Source: Octopus vulgaris
Lineage: Eukaryota
Direction: 5' to 3'
Length of the DNA: 64,000 nucleotides
Assembly: GCA_951406725.2 (NCBI GenBank)
Contig: OX597815.1
Coordinates: 162,564,001-162,628,000, forward strand
The translations under genes were made by a program, and so were the position numbers. Under the pieces are notes generated by a model. It ran no database searches. It was given only the letters and a program-made list of their open reading frames with translations, and was not told the DNA's origin. Shown here one piece after another: positions 25,949 through 37,972 of this stretch. Every line of letters starts with the position of its first letter. Positions within the stretch are counted from its first letter, which is position 1.

Positions 25949-27539
25949 CACATTTTTCAACCGCTAGCATACTGACAAGTTGCATTCTTTCTTGTTTTCA
26001 ATCACTGCACTTCTGACGTCACTTTAACTGTCTCAACTTAAAATCAATCAGTGCAGTTGTCTCTCCTCTTATTTCATCTACATCCCAAACCCTCACCTCT
26101 TTCATATTCTAAACACTTTCCATCAATCTTTCACACTCAGAAGTTCACTCTTCTGAGAGCAACATACTGATGTATTCTCTGTATTAACAGACATCTCCTC
26201 CTCCTCCTCCTCATCATCATCATCATCCCCTCTGCCTCCTCCTCCCCTCCGCCACACCCCTCCCCGCCGCCTCCTCCTCTACCACCACCATTGCCATCAT
26301 CTTCATCATTTAATAATATACATGTTCCAAGCTTGCATGGATTGAACAGTTTGAAGGATCCAATGAGTCCAAGAGCTGCATTGTGCTTCAGTGCCTACTT
26401 TGGATTGGTTTCTATTGCTGAATGTTCTTCCAAGCACCTACCACTTTACTGTGTGTACCGGGTGCTTTTTCTCTATGCCACCAGCACTAGTAAGGCTGAC
26501 ATGCAGCTTGCTAGACTATGGATCCTGTGGGATATGGGATGGTGCTGTTCAGCCTGATGTTAGGAGAAAAGGGTTAAACTATGAAAAGGGGAAGAAGAGC
26601 AGATTCTTGTAGAGGATCTGTACAGACTTTATCTAATTAAGTCTATCACCTGTCTAATAGGCTCCAGAAAATCTGCAAGTAATGCCTTTGTTTCACAGAT
26701 TAGAGAGAAAGAGCTTCAGTGTGCTTGGATGACAGTTGGTATGAACTCATAGAAATATAGAAATACCAGTTAAACCCCACTCAAATTACATCCAATTGTT
26801 TTAAACAAGAAAGAATATCTGAGCATATGTAATTCAAAAAGAGAATTTATCACAATTGGGGATGCGTTTAATCATAGTTCTGCTGCTCAATCATTCTGGA
26901 GTAAACAACAGCAAGGTATTATATTCCTATAGAAGTAAAGGTTAAGTTTTGTTGTTGATGAGTTTGCTTCCCAAACATGTAGTTTTGTGTTCAGTTACTC
27001 TTCGTGTCACCTTGATCAAGTGTTCTACTGTAGGCCCAGGCCAACCAAAGCCATGTGAGTGGATTTGGCAGATGGAAACTGAAAGAGGTTAATTCCTTTA
27101 CTTACACATTCATATGCATGTGCACCGTCTCCTCAAAAGTAAATAAACACTATCATTTCTGAAATTGTACAAATCACTCTGTTGACTGCATCAAGAGGAA
27201 TCCCAAGATTTTGTACAATCTTATATTGGCTAAGTTCACCTTCAGATTGACCCTCAATACACCCTCTTTGAAAATCAGGTAATTCTTTTGCTTCTGGTAT
27301 TTGTGGTATGGCTAGTTGCTATCAATGATTGTTCTCCAATAATCTGAGATGAAAAAAATAATAATACATTAACTAGTTTCAAGTACCAGGTAGTGTCCAC
27401 ATAGGTAAAATGGTAATACGATGAGTGTCTATTTACTTTTGGGATGTCTGTGTATACATACCTGCATACATACATGCATGCATGCATGTATACGTATGTA
27501 CATACATACATACATGCATGCATGCATACATGGTACTCA

Positions 27540-27990
27540 AGCTAAATTTGATGATTATATGTGTCTTTTTTTTTTGCAGGAGTAGCTTCATGCATTGGTG
27601 GACAGTCAACATGTTGCTGAGCATGAAAAGTTAAATTGTAACTGAGAAAAAGTTAGATGATATGGAGGACTGGAAGCCATTTGAATATGTGGAAAAGAAT
27701 TAAGGCAGTGAGCAGGCCAAATTGTTATTATGTTGGGCAAAATGTTTGGCAGCATTTTGTCCATCTTCACATTTTGAGTTCAAATGCTACTGTGGTCAAC
27801 TTTTCCTTTCATCCTTTTGGGGCCCATAAAATAAGTACCAGTTGAGCAATGGGGTTAGCACCTCCCTTGAAATTGATGGCCTTGTGCCAAAATTTGTAAC
27901 CAATATTGGAAAAGAGATACCTATATCTTGATGATTCATGCTGTGTATTACAATGCTGACATTATGACTGCTGCTCAATGCTGAGTATAC
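27540..27990 (+). repeat. old duplicated exon-like block, copy 2, split by a SINE (~27700-27901)
   Basis: Homologous to 14750-14975; SINE flanked by near-duplicate AATAT(G)TGGAAAAGA. Confidence 0.8.
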
Positions 27991-28112
27991 TGACTACTGA
28001 GTGTTCTAAGTACTGTTACACAAGTCTCAGTGCTCTGAGTACCACTACTTAATGCTGAATACTCTGAGTACTGCTGCTCAATGCTCTGAGTACAATTTAG
28101 AGGTTGTAAGAT

Positions 28113-28695
28113 GTATCCCACATATCATGAAAACCAAGTTTACCCAAACTATGATGGTCCTTGTGGGGAGTCTCTAGTGAGGGTGATATCATGCAGTGCC
28201 ACATCTTTGAACATGGACTTGTGCTCAATTTAGAGGGTTATGTGAAGCTGCTGGAGACTGTAACAAATTGTGAGTGGAGTGGGTTGCTGCTGGAAGGCCA
28301 TATGTGTGGCAGCATGATTTGGTTCCATGCCATACCTCCAGAAAGTGTAAGAAGTGGTTGTTGGAGAATTTCTACAACTTCATCAGTCCTAATTATTGAC
28401 CTCTTAATTCCCCTGATTGTAATCCCATGGTTTACTATGTGTAGAACACGATTGAGTAAGACACCAATCACTCTGCCTGCAACACTGGTGGCCAAGATCA
28501 AGGAAGCGTTTGAGATTCCAGAGCTGTATTGAGGCTGTGGTGGAAGCTGAGGGTTACTACTTTGAGTAAACTGTTATCTCCCAGCCATAATCCAGTTGAT
28601 ATTTTTTGATCTTTTAAAATACTTTATTTTTTGGGTGGAATAATGTGTTTTCTTTTCCTTTTATGTAAACTCTCAAATTTATCTTGAACACCCTG
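28113..28695 (+). pseudogene. second degenerate maT (DD37D-like) transposase, 3' half
   Basis: MKTKFTQTMMV; VSSEGDIM; GYVKLLETV; GRPYVWQHDLVPCHTS; PLNSPDCNPM.YYV; EAVVEAEGYYFE*; ends AACACCCTG-TA. Confidence 0.85.
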
Positions 28696-28957
28696 TAAAT
28701 GTGTGTGTGTGTGTACTTCTGTGTCCTTGTCTGGACATCATGTGTTAGTTATAAATGAGTATCCCTCATTTCCCAGACTGCCATTAAAACATGTCCAGTC
28801 ATAAAGAAATATTACCTTGCTAAGATACAGGTGAATATTGGCAACAGGAAGAACATTTGGTTGTAGAAAATCTGCCTCAACAAATTCCATTTGACCCATG
28901 CAAGCATTGAAAAGTGGACATTAAGATGATGATGGCGATGACTAAAAGTGTACAAGT

Positions 28958-29285
28958 GGAGGCATGTGACTGAGTGGTTAGGGTATTTAGCTCACGATCA
29001 GAAGGTTGTGGGTTCGATTCCCAACAGCACATTGTGTCCTTGAGCAAGACACTTTATTTCACATTGCACCAGTCTACTCAGCTGGTAAAAATGGAAAGTA
29101 CCTAGATTTCAAAGGGCCAGCCTTGTCACATTTTGTGTCACTTTGTATCTCCCTGAGAATGACATTAAAAATAAGCATGTCTGTGGAGTGCTCAGCCATT
29201 TGCATGTTAATTTCATGAGCTGGCCGATTCTGTTGATCAGATCAGCTGGAATACTCATCATTGTAACTAATGGAGAGCCAAGAAG
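28958..29285 (+). mobile_element. tRNA-derived SINE
   Basis: A/B-box head (GAGTGGTTAG, GGTTCGATTCC) then GTCCTTGAGCAAGACACTT; inverse copy at ~61370-61690. Confidence 0.75.
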
Positions 29286-29393
29286 CTTAGATATTAAGGA
29301 ACAGAAGACAGAATATCTTTGTGTTGCATTAGAGGAAAAGCAGTAAAAGCAGTAGCTGCTGAAAAGGATTAAAATAATGCTAGTTCAAATATT

Positions 29394-29654
29394 ATGGAGG
29401 CACATGGTGTAGTGGTTAGGGTGTCAGCATCATGATCGTAAGATTGTGGTTCCAATTTCTAGACCGGGCAACGCGTTGTGTCATTGAGCAAAATAGTTCA
29501 TTTCACGTTGCTCCAGTCCACTCAGCTGGCAAAAATGAGTAACGCTGCGATGGACTGGCGTCCCATGCAGCTGGGGAACACATACACCATAGAAACCGGG
29601 AAACCGGGCTCATGAGCCTGGATAGGCTTTAAAAGGGCGCATTTATTTATTATT
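29394..29654 (+). mobile_element. tRNA-derived SINE with V-domain-like segment
   Basis: tRNA-like head; CTGCGATGGACTGGCGTCCC; 13-bp TSD TAGTTCAAATATT. Confidence 0.85.
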
Positions 29655-29899
29655 TAGTTCAAATATTGCTTTTAGGTAATCTTAGTTGCTACTTGCTAAT
29701 TAGCCCTAAGTAAATAGGTTCCAGCAATGGTGGGTAAATTAACCCTGCAACAGACTGATGTCCCATTCAGAAGAGAGTATTGTAATATCAGTCCCTTATA
29801 TGCTATAAAAACTGGGTTAAGCTCCAACCTCCAACCTTATCAATCCTAAGGCTCACAAGAGACCCAATCAGAGCCATCTGTCTTTCTTTTTCCAGGCAT

Positions 29900-30332
29900 C
29901 ATTTATCTGGCCCCCGTGCCGGTGGCACGTAAAAAGCACCATCCGTTCGTGGCTGTTGCCAGTGCCGCCCCGACTGGCCTCCATGCCGGTAGCACGTAAA
30001 AGCACCATCCATTCGTGTCCATTGCCAGCCTAAAAGCACCATCCGTTTGTGTCCGTTGCCAGCCTCGCCTGGCCCCCGTGCCGGTGGCACGTAAAAGCCC
30101 CATCCATTCATGGCCATTTGCAAGCTCCGTCTGGCTCCTGTGTGGGTGGCATGTAAAAAGCACCCACTACACTCACGGAGTGGTTGGCGTTAGGAAGGGC
30201 ATCCAGCTGTAGAAACACTGCCAGATCAGACTGGGCCTGATGCAGCCTTCTGGCTTCACAGACCTCAGTTGAACCGTCCAACCCATGCTAGCATGGAAAA
30301 CGGACGCTAAGTGATGATGATGATGATGATGA

Positions 30333-30335
<3 letters not shown>
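29900..30335 (+). repeat. RTE 3' tail repeat with GC-rich internal minisatellite
   Basis: Repeated GCCGGTGGCACGTAAAAGCACCATCC units; (GAT)n tail. Confidence 0.8.
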
Positions 30336-30377
<42 letters not shown>

Positions 30378-31274
30378 AATACATTATCTAATTTGAGAGA
30401 TTTAGCTGATATTTCTAGCAAGTCAAATAACTTCATGGAGAGTCACTGAATACAGGTGTGCTAGTAATATTTAGTTGGAACATAGCACAAAGAATGCATA
30501 TTTAGCAAGAGAGAGAGAGAGAGTGGATGATCCTGTCAAGTCTTAAAAACATTCAGTCTCTGAACTTACTAGTCACCTTTAATCAAGCTAAAAAAATGCT
30601 ACTTTGCAATAATTGGTCTTGGAAACGTCATTTTCTCAATATTACTAAAGCTGAATCAGGAAAATTTGGCTTTCTATTTAGAATCAAAATGCACTTTTGT
30701 CCCGAACAGCTTCTAACTTAATATATATGTTTTTCAATATGATGATACACTTCCTTCAATTATTGGCTTCTTCTACTGTTTTCAGAAGAAAACAAACATC
30801 TGATCAATACACCTTTTCTTTTACTGCAAACCTTCAATTCCAAGTCAATCACCATTTAGCTGAATCACCTTTCTATATCCTCTGTTGTTGCTTTGTTATT
30901 TAGAATCTGCTGGCTACACTCCAGTTTCTATGGAATATACTCATTGTCTTTTCTTCTCACTGTTTTGTTTTTGTTTTTGTTTTTACTAAATGTCACATGA
31001 AGCAGTTCATTCCTGTCTTTCATTGCTAGAAGCACGCCTGTGTACAATTTTTTCAGCGGCTTAGTTGATAAGAAAGAGCTGTGCCTAAGGCCTTCAGATG
31101 ATTCAGGACTGATGAGATTCGTGTGGTTTATGGTCAGCTCGAACAAGAGTAATTTAACATCTGCAGGAAATTCGATGTCGTGGAGGATATTTCAGAGGGT
31201 TGATGTTTTGATGAAGAAAAATTGGATGAAGTGCTTAGTACAAGACCTGGGTTGTGAGACAGAGTAAGAGAAAG

Positions 31275-31311
<37 letters not shown>

Positions 31312-31817
31312 TATCATCATCATCATCATTTAATATCCATTGTCCATGCGGGCATGGTTTGGATGGTTTGACCAGGGCTGGCAAGCTGGAAGGCTGCACC
31401 AGATTCCAATCTAATTTGGCATGGTTTCTATGGCTGGATGCCCTTCCTAATGCCAACCACTCTGAGAGTGTAATGGGTGCTTTTACATGTCATTTGCCAT
31501 GACACCAGTATCTGCCACAACTGCGATTTTACTTGGCTTGATGGGTTTTCTTCTCAAGCACAACACAATGCCAAAGGTCTTGGTCATTCATCATTGCCTC
31601 CATGAGGCCCAACTCTCAAATGGTGCTTTTCACATGTGACTGGCATTGACCACTTTGCCTCCATGAGGCCTGACACTCAAAAGGTGCTTTTGCATGCCTC
31701 TGGCATGGGTGCCAGTTATGTGACACCAGCATTGTCCATGACTACAATTTCACTTCTTGAGGTCTTCTCAAGCACAGCATATCACCAAAGGTCTCAGCCA
31801 CCAGTCATTACCTCTGT

Positions 31818-32114
31818 AGTGGAGGAATATGGCCTAGTGGTTAGAGCAGTGGTCGAGGGATCGTGGGTTCGAATCTCAGACTGGGTGATGTGTGTGTTTA
31901 TGAGCGAAACACCTAAGCTCCACGCGGCTCCGGCAGAAGGTAATGGCGAACTTCTGTTGACTCTTTCGCCACAACTTTCTCTTACTCTTTCCTCCTGCAT
32001 CTTGCAGCTCACCTGTGACAGACCGGTGTCCCATCCAGGTGGGGAATCTATATGCCAAGGAAACCGGGAAACTGGCCCTTATGAGCCAGGCATGGCTCAA
32101 GAAGGAACAAAAAA
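31818..32114 (+). mobile_element. tRNA-derived SINE nested in an RTE tail (31276-32140, -)
   Basis: TGGCCTAGTGG / GGTTCGAATC boxes; 12-bp TSD CATTACCTCTGT. Confidence 0.85.
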
Positions 32115-32802
32115 CATTACCTCTGTGAAGCCTAAAGTTTGTGACAGGATAGGAGTAGTATGCAAATATCAAGTTCGGAAAATCTGAGACCATTTACTAT
32201 TGGTAGTAGCTGTAAAATAAGCTGAGAGAGAAGACAGCATATCTCATGGCTAGAAGTTGTAGGGGTATTAGTGAGTAAATACTTATTAATCAGTCAGATG
32301 GTGTTTTGGATGTAGTCTTGAATGTTTTGTATGTAACAGCAGTACTATCTCAGTTGTGGGAGCATCGTTCTAATGTAGATTATTGTTGAAATTTGTAGAG
32401 GGCCAGAATTGATTGAACTGGAAGTATTTTCTGGCCATGGAAAAAATACAAACTAGATTTGGGGAGGTATTTGCAGCTGTATCATTTATTAGGTGGAACA
32501 AACATAAACGCTAAGACAGATCATCAGAAACTGTGAGTCTTAGTATTTGTAGTGACTTAGGGATTTTATAGCATAGATATGAGCAGTGATTGTGTCTTTG
32601 TGCTATGGTGTTGAAAGAGATTAGATTGATAAAGCCTGATTAGAGAATGTCTTCCAGCTCCCTGTTCATGGAAGTAGTGCAGGATGGCCATGAGGTGTCT
32701 GTGTTGCATATGAATAACAAACATCTGTGTGCTGAAGATTAGGAGTCAGTAAAGAGTGGAGCCATCTGTATAAGACAGGATGGCAGTAGTATACAAGTAA
32801 GT

Positions 32803-33135
32803 GAAGGCACATGGCTCAGTGTCAGGCTCACAATCATGAGGTAGTGATTTCAATTCCCAGACCGGGCTGTGTGTTGTGTTCTCGAGCAAGTCACTTCACT
32901 TCACGTTGCTCCAGTTCATTCAGCTGTAGAAATGAGTTGCGACATCACTGATGCCAAGCTGTATTGGTCTTTGCCTTTCTCTTGGATAACATCACTGGCA
33001 TGGAGAGGGTAAGCTGGTATGCATGGGCTACTGCTGGTCTTCCATAAACAATCTTGCCTTGACTTGTGCCTCGAAGGATAACTTTCTAGGTGCAATCCCA
33101 GAGTCATTCATAACTGAAAGGGATCTTTACTTTAC
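32803..33135 (+). mobile_element. tRNA-derived SINE
   Basis: TGGCTCAGTG head; CACGTTGCTCCAG...CAGCTG body shared with other SINEs. Confidence 0.7.
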
Positions 33136-34511
33136 AACTAAGACAGTGCTTTGTTATATGTGGCTGCAAGTAGATTGTTAATGTGTAGAAGAGTTAGAAA
33201 AACACTAGAATTGTTAGAGAAGGTTAGAGGAAAGGCCTTCAGTGCATGCTGTAATGGTACAATCTAACAGCAACCTTCCAATCCCCAAAACAAGAGACGA
33301 ATGAAACCTATGTAAACAGGCAAGTTCATAAGGAGATTTTCGTGTGTTCTGAAAATACACCAATTTTTAACTTCTGAAAACTTTGCAATTTTACTTCTTT
33401 TCTCTATTTTCTGATTAGATAAAAAGTGCACAATCAGTGGGGAATGGTCTGCTCCATCAAAGACAATGATTAAGTAATCTATTTGGGGAGCATGTTTGGA
33501 TTCAGTAAAGGATCAAAACTGATCAAAAATAAACTATATTTTTCGTGTTATTGTGGCAATTCTAATTAGGTTAAGGCTGTGTGTAGAGTTAGAATAATAT
33601 TTTGTGAAATGATAATTGTTTCAAAAAAAGAAAAAAAAAGAGGTGAATGGCAATGCTTACTTGAAAGGAATAATGATTTGTATGTTTTCAAAATGACTGA
33701 TCCCTTATTACACAGAGGTATTGTTGATCATACATTAAAAAAAAACATTCAACACCATGTGTGATCAAGAGAGAGTAATTCAATATACATCCTAGCTCAA
33801 TGCTAACCTAACCTCATATTAGTATAAACTAATTATAAAATAAAGTGGGTTTTAAAGATATATATTTTTTTAAATAATTAATTTCAATAATTATGTCAAG
33901 TACTAAATAAATTTCAAGACTGTTCCAAATAGACTTGGATTCCATTATAGGTCACTGAAGAATTTATTGAGCAATTAACTTTTTCATTTCCTCTAGAGAG
34001 CAATATTGATTGAACATAAAATATTATAGTAAGTTTCCAATTGGCTTGTCTGAAACGATTATGGTTGCTGCTTTAGAGAATATAGTACTGTACTTACATA
34101 AATAGAAAACATGATTTGTTTGCCAAATTCATATTGAGGATATTTAGAATATTATCATAGGAAATAGAAAAATAGTTTACTAATAACTTTGAAGGAAATA
34201 AAGGAGTTATCCACCCACCCTTATATAGCAAATGAAAATTTTCAGATTTCTCACCCACTGAATCTACTGCCTCTAGAATTTAGAAGAAAAAAGTTCTTCA
34301 TATCGACATTTTATCTTTTATCTTTTATGTTTTACTTGTTTCAGTCATTAAACTGTGACCATGCTGGGGTACTGCCTTTTAAGAATTTTAGTTGAACAAA
34401 TTGGCCCTAGTACTTACTTTTTTCAATTTTTAAGTCTGGTATTTACTCTGTCAGTCTCTTTTGCTGAATCACTAAGTTGTGTGTGTGTGTCCCTTTTTTT
34501 ATTAAAGCTGC

Positions 34512-34614
34512 AAAACATTACAAAACTGTTACTCAGATTTTCACAACTGTCTTAATCACGACTGTCCAATGAATGAAAAACGTGAAACTCTGAGTAACAG
34601 TTTTGTGATGCTTT
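34512..34614 (+). mobile_element. Penelope-type foldback with degenerate hammerhead
   Basis: ~33-bp inverted arms; ACTGT-CCAATGA-ATG(A5)CGT-GAAA-CTCTGAG-TA-ACAGT. Confidence 0.6.
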
Positions 34615-34644
34615 TCCACTTTGTTTTACATTTATGTGCTTACT

Positions 34645-34679
<35 letters not shown>

Positions 34680-34751
34680 GCATTCGCCCACAGTGATGTG
34701 TTGAGTACAGACGTGAAGAGTGTGCTGCATGATTTTTCTTTTTGAATTAAG

Positions 34752-35781
34752 ATGACGAAGGGCATTGAGCAAAGATACTGTATCAAATTCTACCAAAAAC
34801 TTGGTGATTGGTGATACGGAAGCCAAAACTATCAAAAAGATTCAGAAGGCCTTTGGAGATGATGCTATGGGAAAAACACAAATAAAGGAGTGGTACAACC
34901 AGTTCAAAGAAGACCACACCTCAGTGGACAGTGAGCCATTTTGTGGCAGACACAATGAAATGATTGCAAAAGTTTGAGAAATAGTTTATGAAGACCGTTG
35001 TGTGACTATTGAGGAGATTATTGCCAAAGTTGGAATCAGCCATGGATCACTTCAGTCAATTATAACTGATGATTTGTGTATGAGGAGGGTGTTGGCCAAA
35101 TTCATACCAATGTTGCTGCCTAACCAGCAGAAAGAAAATAGAAAGGAAATATCCCAGGACATGCTGGAGTGTGCTAGTCAAGATCAAAATTTCCTGAACA
35201 CTATCATCGTTGTCGATGAGACATGGGTGTACGGCCATGACCCTGAAACAAAACTGCAATCATCCCAAAGGAAACATCCATCCTTGCCAAGACCCCCAAA
35301 AGCAAGAAGGAGTGCAGTAATGTTAAACTGATGATGACCTGTCTTGTTTTTTTACTACAGGGGTATTATGCACTATGAATATGCACCACAAAGTCAGACA
35401 ATTAACAAAGAATACTACTTGGAGATTCTTTGTTGTCCTTGTGAAACTGTACGACAAAAACAACATGACCTGTGAGCAGCAAAGAACTGGCAACTTCACC
35501 ATGACAATGCAGCCCCTCATTCTGCCCACATCATCCAAGCATTCCTCATCAAGCAAAACACACCACTTGTTTGTCAGGCTTCCTACTCCTGTGTGACTTT
35601 TGGCTGTTCCCAAAGCTCAAAAGAAGAAAACACTCAAAGGGAGAAGTTTTGAGTCAACAGAGGGCATTAAGCAAAATTTGACAGCATCCCAAAAAGTGAT
35701 TTCCAGAAATGTTTCCAGCAGTGGCAAGAATGCTGGCAGAAGTGTGTAGACTCTCAAGGTGAATACTTTGAAGGAGACTAA
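34752..35781 (+). pseudogene. mariner (DD34D-type) transposase pseudogene, near full length
   Basis: MTKGIEQRYCIKF; AFGDDAMGKTQIKEWYNQFK; DETWVYGHDPETKLQS; HHDNAAPHSA; CDFWLFPKLK; SQGEYFEGD*; multiple frameshifts including a 7-bp TTGGTGA duplication; 3' TIR-like sequence to ~35853. Confidence 0.93.
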
Positions 35782-37740
35782 ATCAAAATCGTGAATTTTT
35801 TAATATTACTTGTTTTTTGGCCAGAGCTTGGATATTTTTTGACTACATCTTGTGGTAATATTTGTTCGGCAGCTGATGGTTGGAATACACATATTTTATG
35901 CTTGATTGTGAATTTCATATATCTTAGTCTCATTATTCTGAGTTGTCCTTCATTTTTGTTAAGTGGAAAGTGTTTGTGGAGATCTCTTACATCAGCATTG
36001 ACTGGTTTTCTTCATAGATAATCTAATTAGGTTTAGAAATTATTTAGATATTGGTGTCTAGTTTGGGAGGTTCTGTGGAATATACATACATATGTATATG
36101 ATGTTAGGAAAGGCATTCAGCCATTGAAACCAAGCTAAAACAGACTATAGAGCCTGGCCTTGCCAATCCCTCTCAAGATGTCTGACCCAGAACCATGCCA
36201 GCATGGACAATAGACGTTAAATGTTAATAAAGATGATATGTGTGTGTGTGTGTGCCACAGAACCTATCAAGACTAGATACCAACGTCTAAGCAATTTACA
36301 TTAATAGACTTCCTAGCTACATGGTTTCGGGTTCAGTCCCATTGCGTGGCACTTTGGGTAGGTGTCTTCCACTATAGCCCCGAGCCGACCGGAGCTTTGT
36401 GATTGAATTTGGTAGGTGGAAGTTACTGCTGTGTGTGTATGTGTGCGTATAGCTGCTCAGTGCCTCTCCGAAAGAGAGAGAGAGATAGTTGACAAGGGGC
36501 TTCTTTCAGTTTTCTTCTACTAAATCCATTCACAAGTCTTTGGTTGGCTCAAGGCTGTAGTAGAAGACACTTGCCCAGAACTGTGAGGTTGGGAAGCAAA
36601 CGTTTTACCACACAGCCTGCTTAAAAAGGAAAAAAGATTCATAAGACAAAAATAATTTTTACAAAGTGGAAGAGATTGTAATCTGAAAGTAATATAATTG
36701 TTATTGTTTAACTTCAAATCAGCTTTCACTAAACAGATCTACAATCAAAGGTGTTGCAGCCATCACTAGATTGTCATTTTAAACAGACAGTATATTTAGA
36801 GATCTACTATCCAAAGTGTTTTCTTTTTTTTTCATATTTTCTTTTCAACTTTTCTGAAGATAGTAGAGTGTAATTTGAGGAACATTTAGGTGTTATTTTT
36901 AGAAGGGCAAAAACACATCTATACACAGACTTGCTAATTTGTGCTGAGGAAACATTTATAGAATTGATTTATTTCTTACAAGCCGTTTCACAAACACGAG
37001 TCTCATGGAGACAATGACAAGTGACCAAAACCTTTGGAGATTTACTGTGCTTGAGAAGACACATCAAGCCTACTGAAATTGGGGTTGTAGCCAATGCCAG
37101 TGACATATAAAAGATACCCACTTCACTCTGTGGAATGACTGGTGTTAGGAAGGGTATCCAGCCATTGAAACTAAGCCAAAACAGACTGCAGTCTGATGTG
37201 GCTCTCTGGTTTACCAGTTTCAGTCAAACCACTTAATCCATGCCAGCCTGAAAAAATGGGTGCTCAATAATAATAACAATAATGATGATGATAAGGAGAA
37301 TAAAGAAGAAGAAGAACTAATAATAACTAATCAACAAATACAGCCCCCTCAAAGGCATAGTATGAAACTTTGCTAACAACAATCCTTAGTTGTTTCAAAA
37401 ACATGCAAACTTAAATAATAAAATACATAATCATGCAACTACCTCCCATCCCCCGTTTCCTAAAGTAACTGGCTGGCCCTGCACCAAGGTTTGAAACCAT
37501 TATTATCATTACCACACTGGGCAACATGCTTAGCAGCATTTCATCTGTCTTTACATTCTGAGTTCAAATTCCACTGAGGTTCAACTTTGCCTTTGATCCT
37601 TTCAGGCTCGATAAAATAAGTACTAGTTGAGCACTGAGGTTGATATAATTGACTTAAACCTTCTCCCTAAATTTGGTGGCCTTGTACCAAAATTTGAAAC
37701 CATTATCATTACTATTATCTTGATACAATTTACTGTGATA

Positions 37741-37972
37741 GGGTGGTAAGCTGGCAGAATCGTTAGCACGTCAGGCGAAATGCTTAGCAGTATTTCATCT
37801 GCCGTTACGTTCTGAGTTCAAATTCTGCCGAGGTCGACTTTGCCTTTCATCCTTTTGGGGTCGATAAATTAAGTACCAGTTATGCACTGGTGTCAATATA
37901 ATTGACTTAATCCGTGTGTCTGTCCTTGTTTGTCCCCTCTATGTTTAGCCCCTTGTGGGCAATAAAGAAATA
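37741..37972 (+). mobile_element. SINE family A, full length
   Basis: GCTGGCAGAATCGTTAG and GAGTTCAAATTC boxes; 16-bp TSD ACAATTTACTGTGATA. Confidence 0.9.

Noticed and set aside
29900-30165. CRISPR-like repeat/spacer pattern
   Set aside because: Eukaryotic context; the 'spacers' resemble each other and the array lies within an RTE-tail repeat
31636-32193. 183-aa ORF, longest in the track
   Set aside because: Reads through an RTE 3' tail and a TSD-flanked SINE
33910-34190. AT-rich open frames with splice-like signals on both strands
   Set aside because: The implied intron is only ~48 nt and the peptides have no recognisable homology
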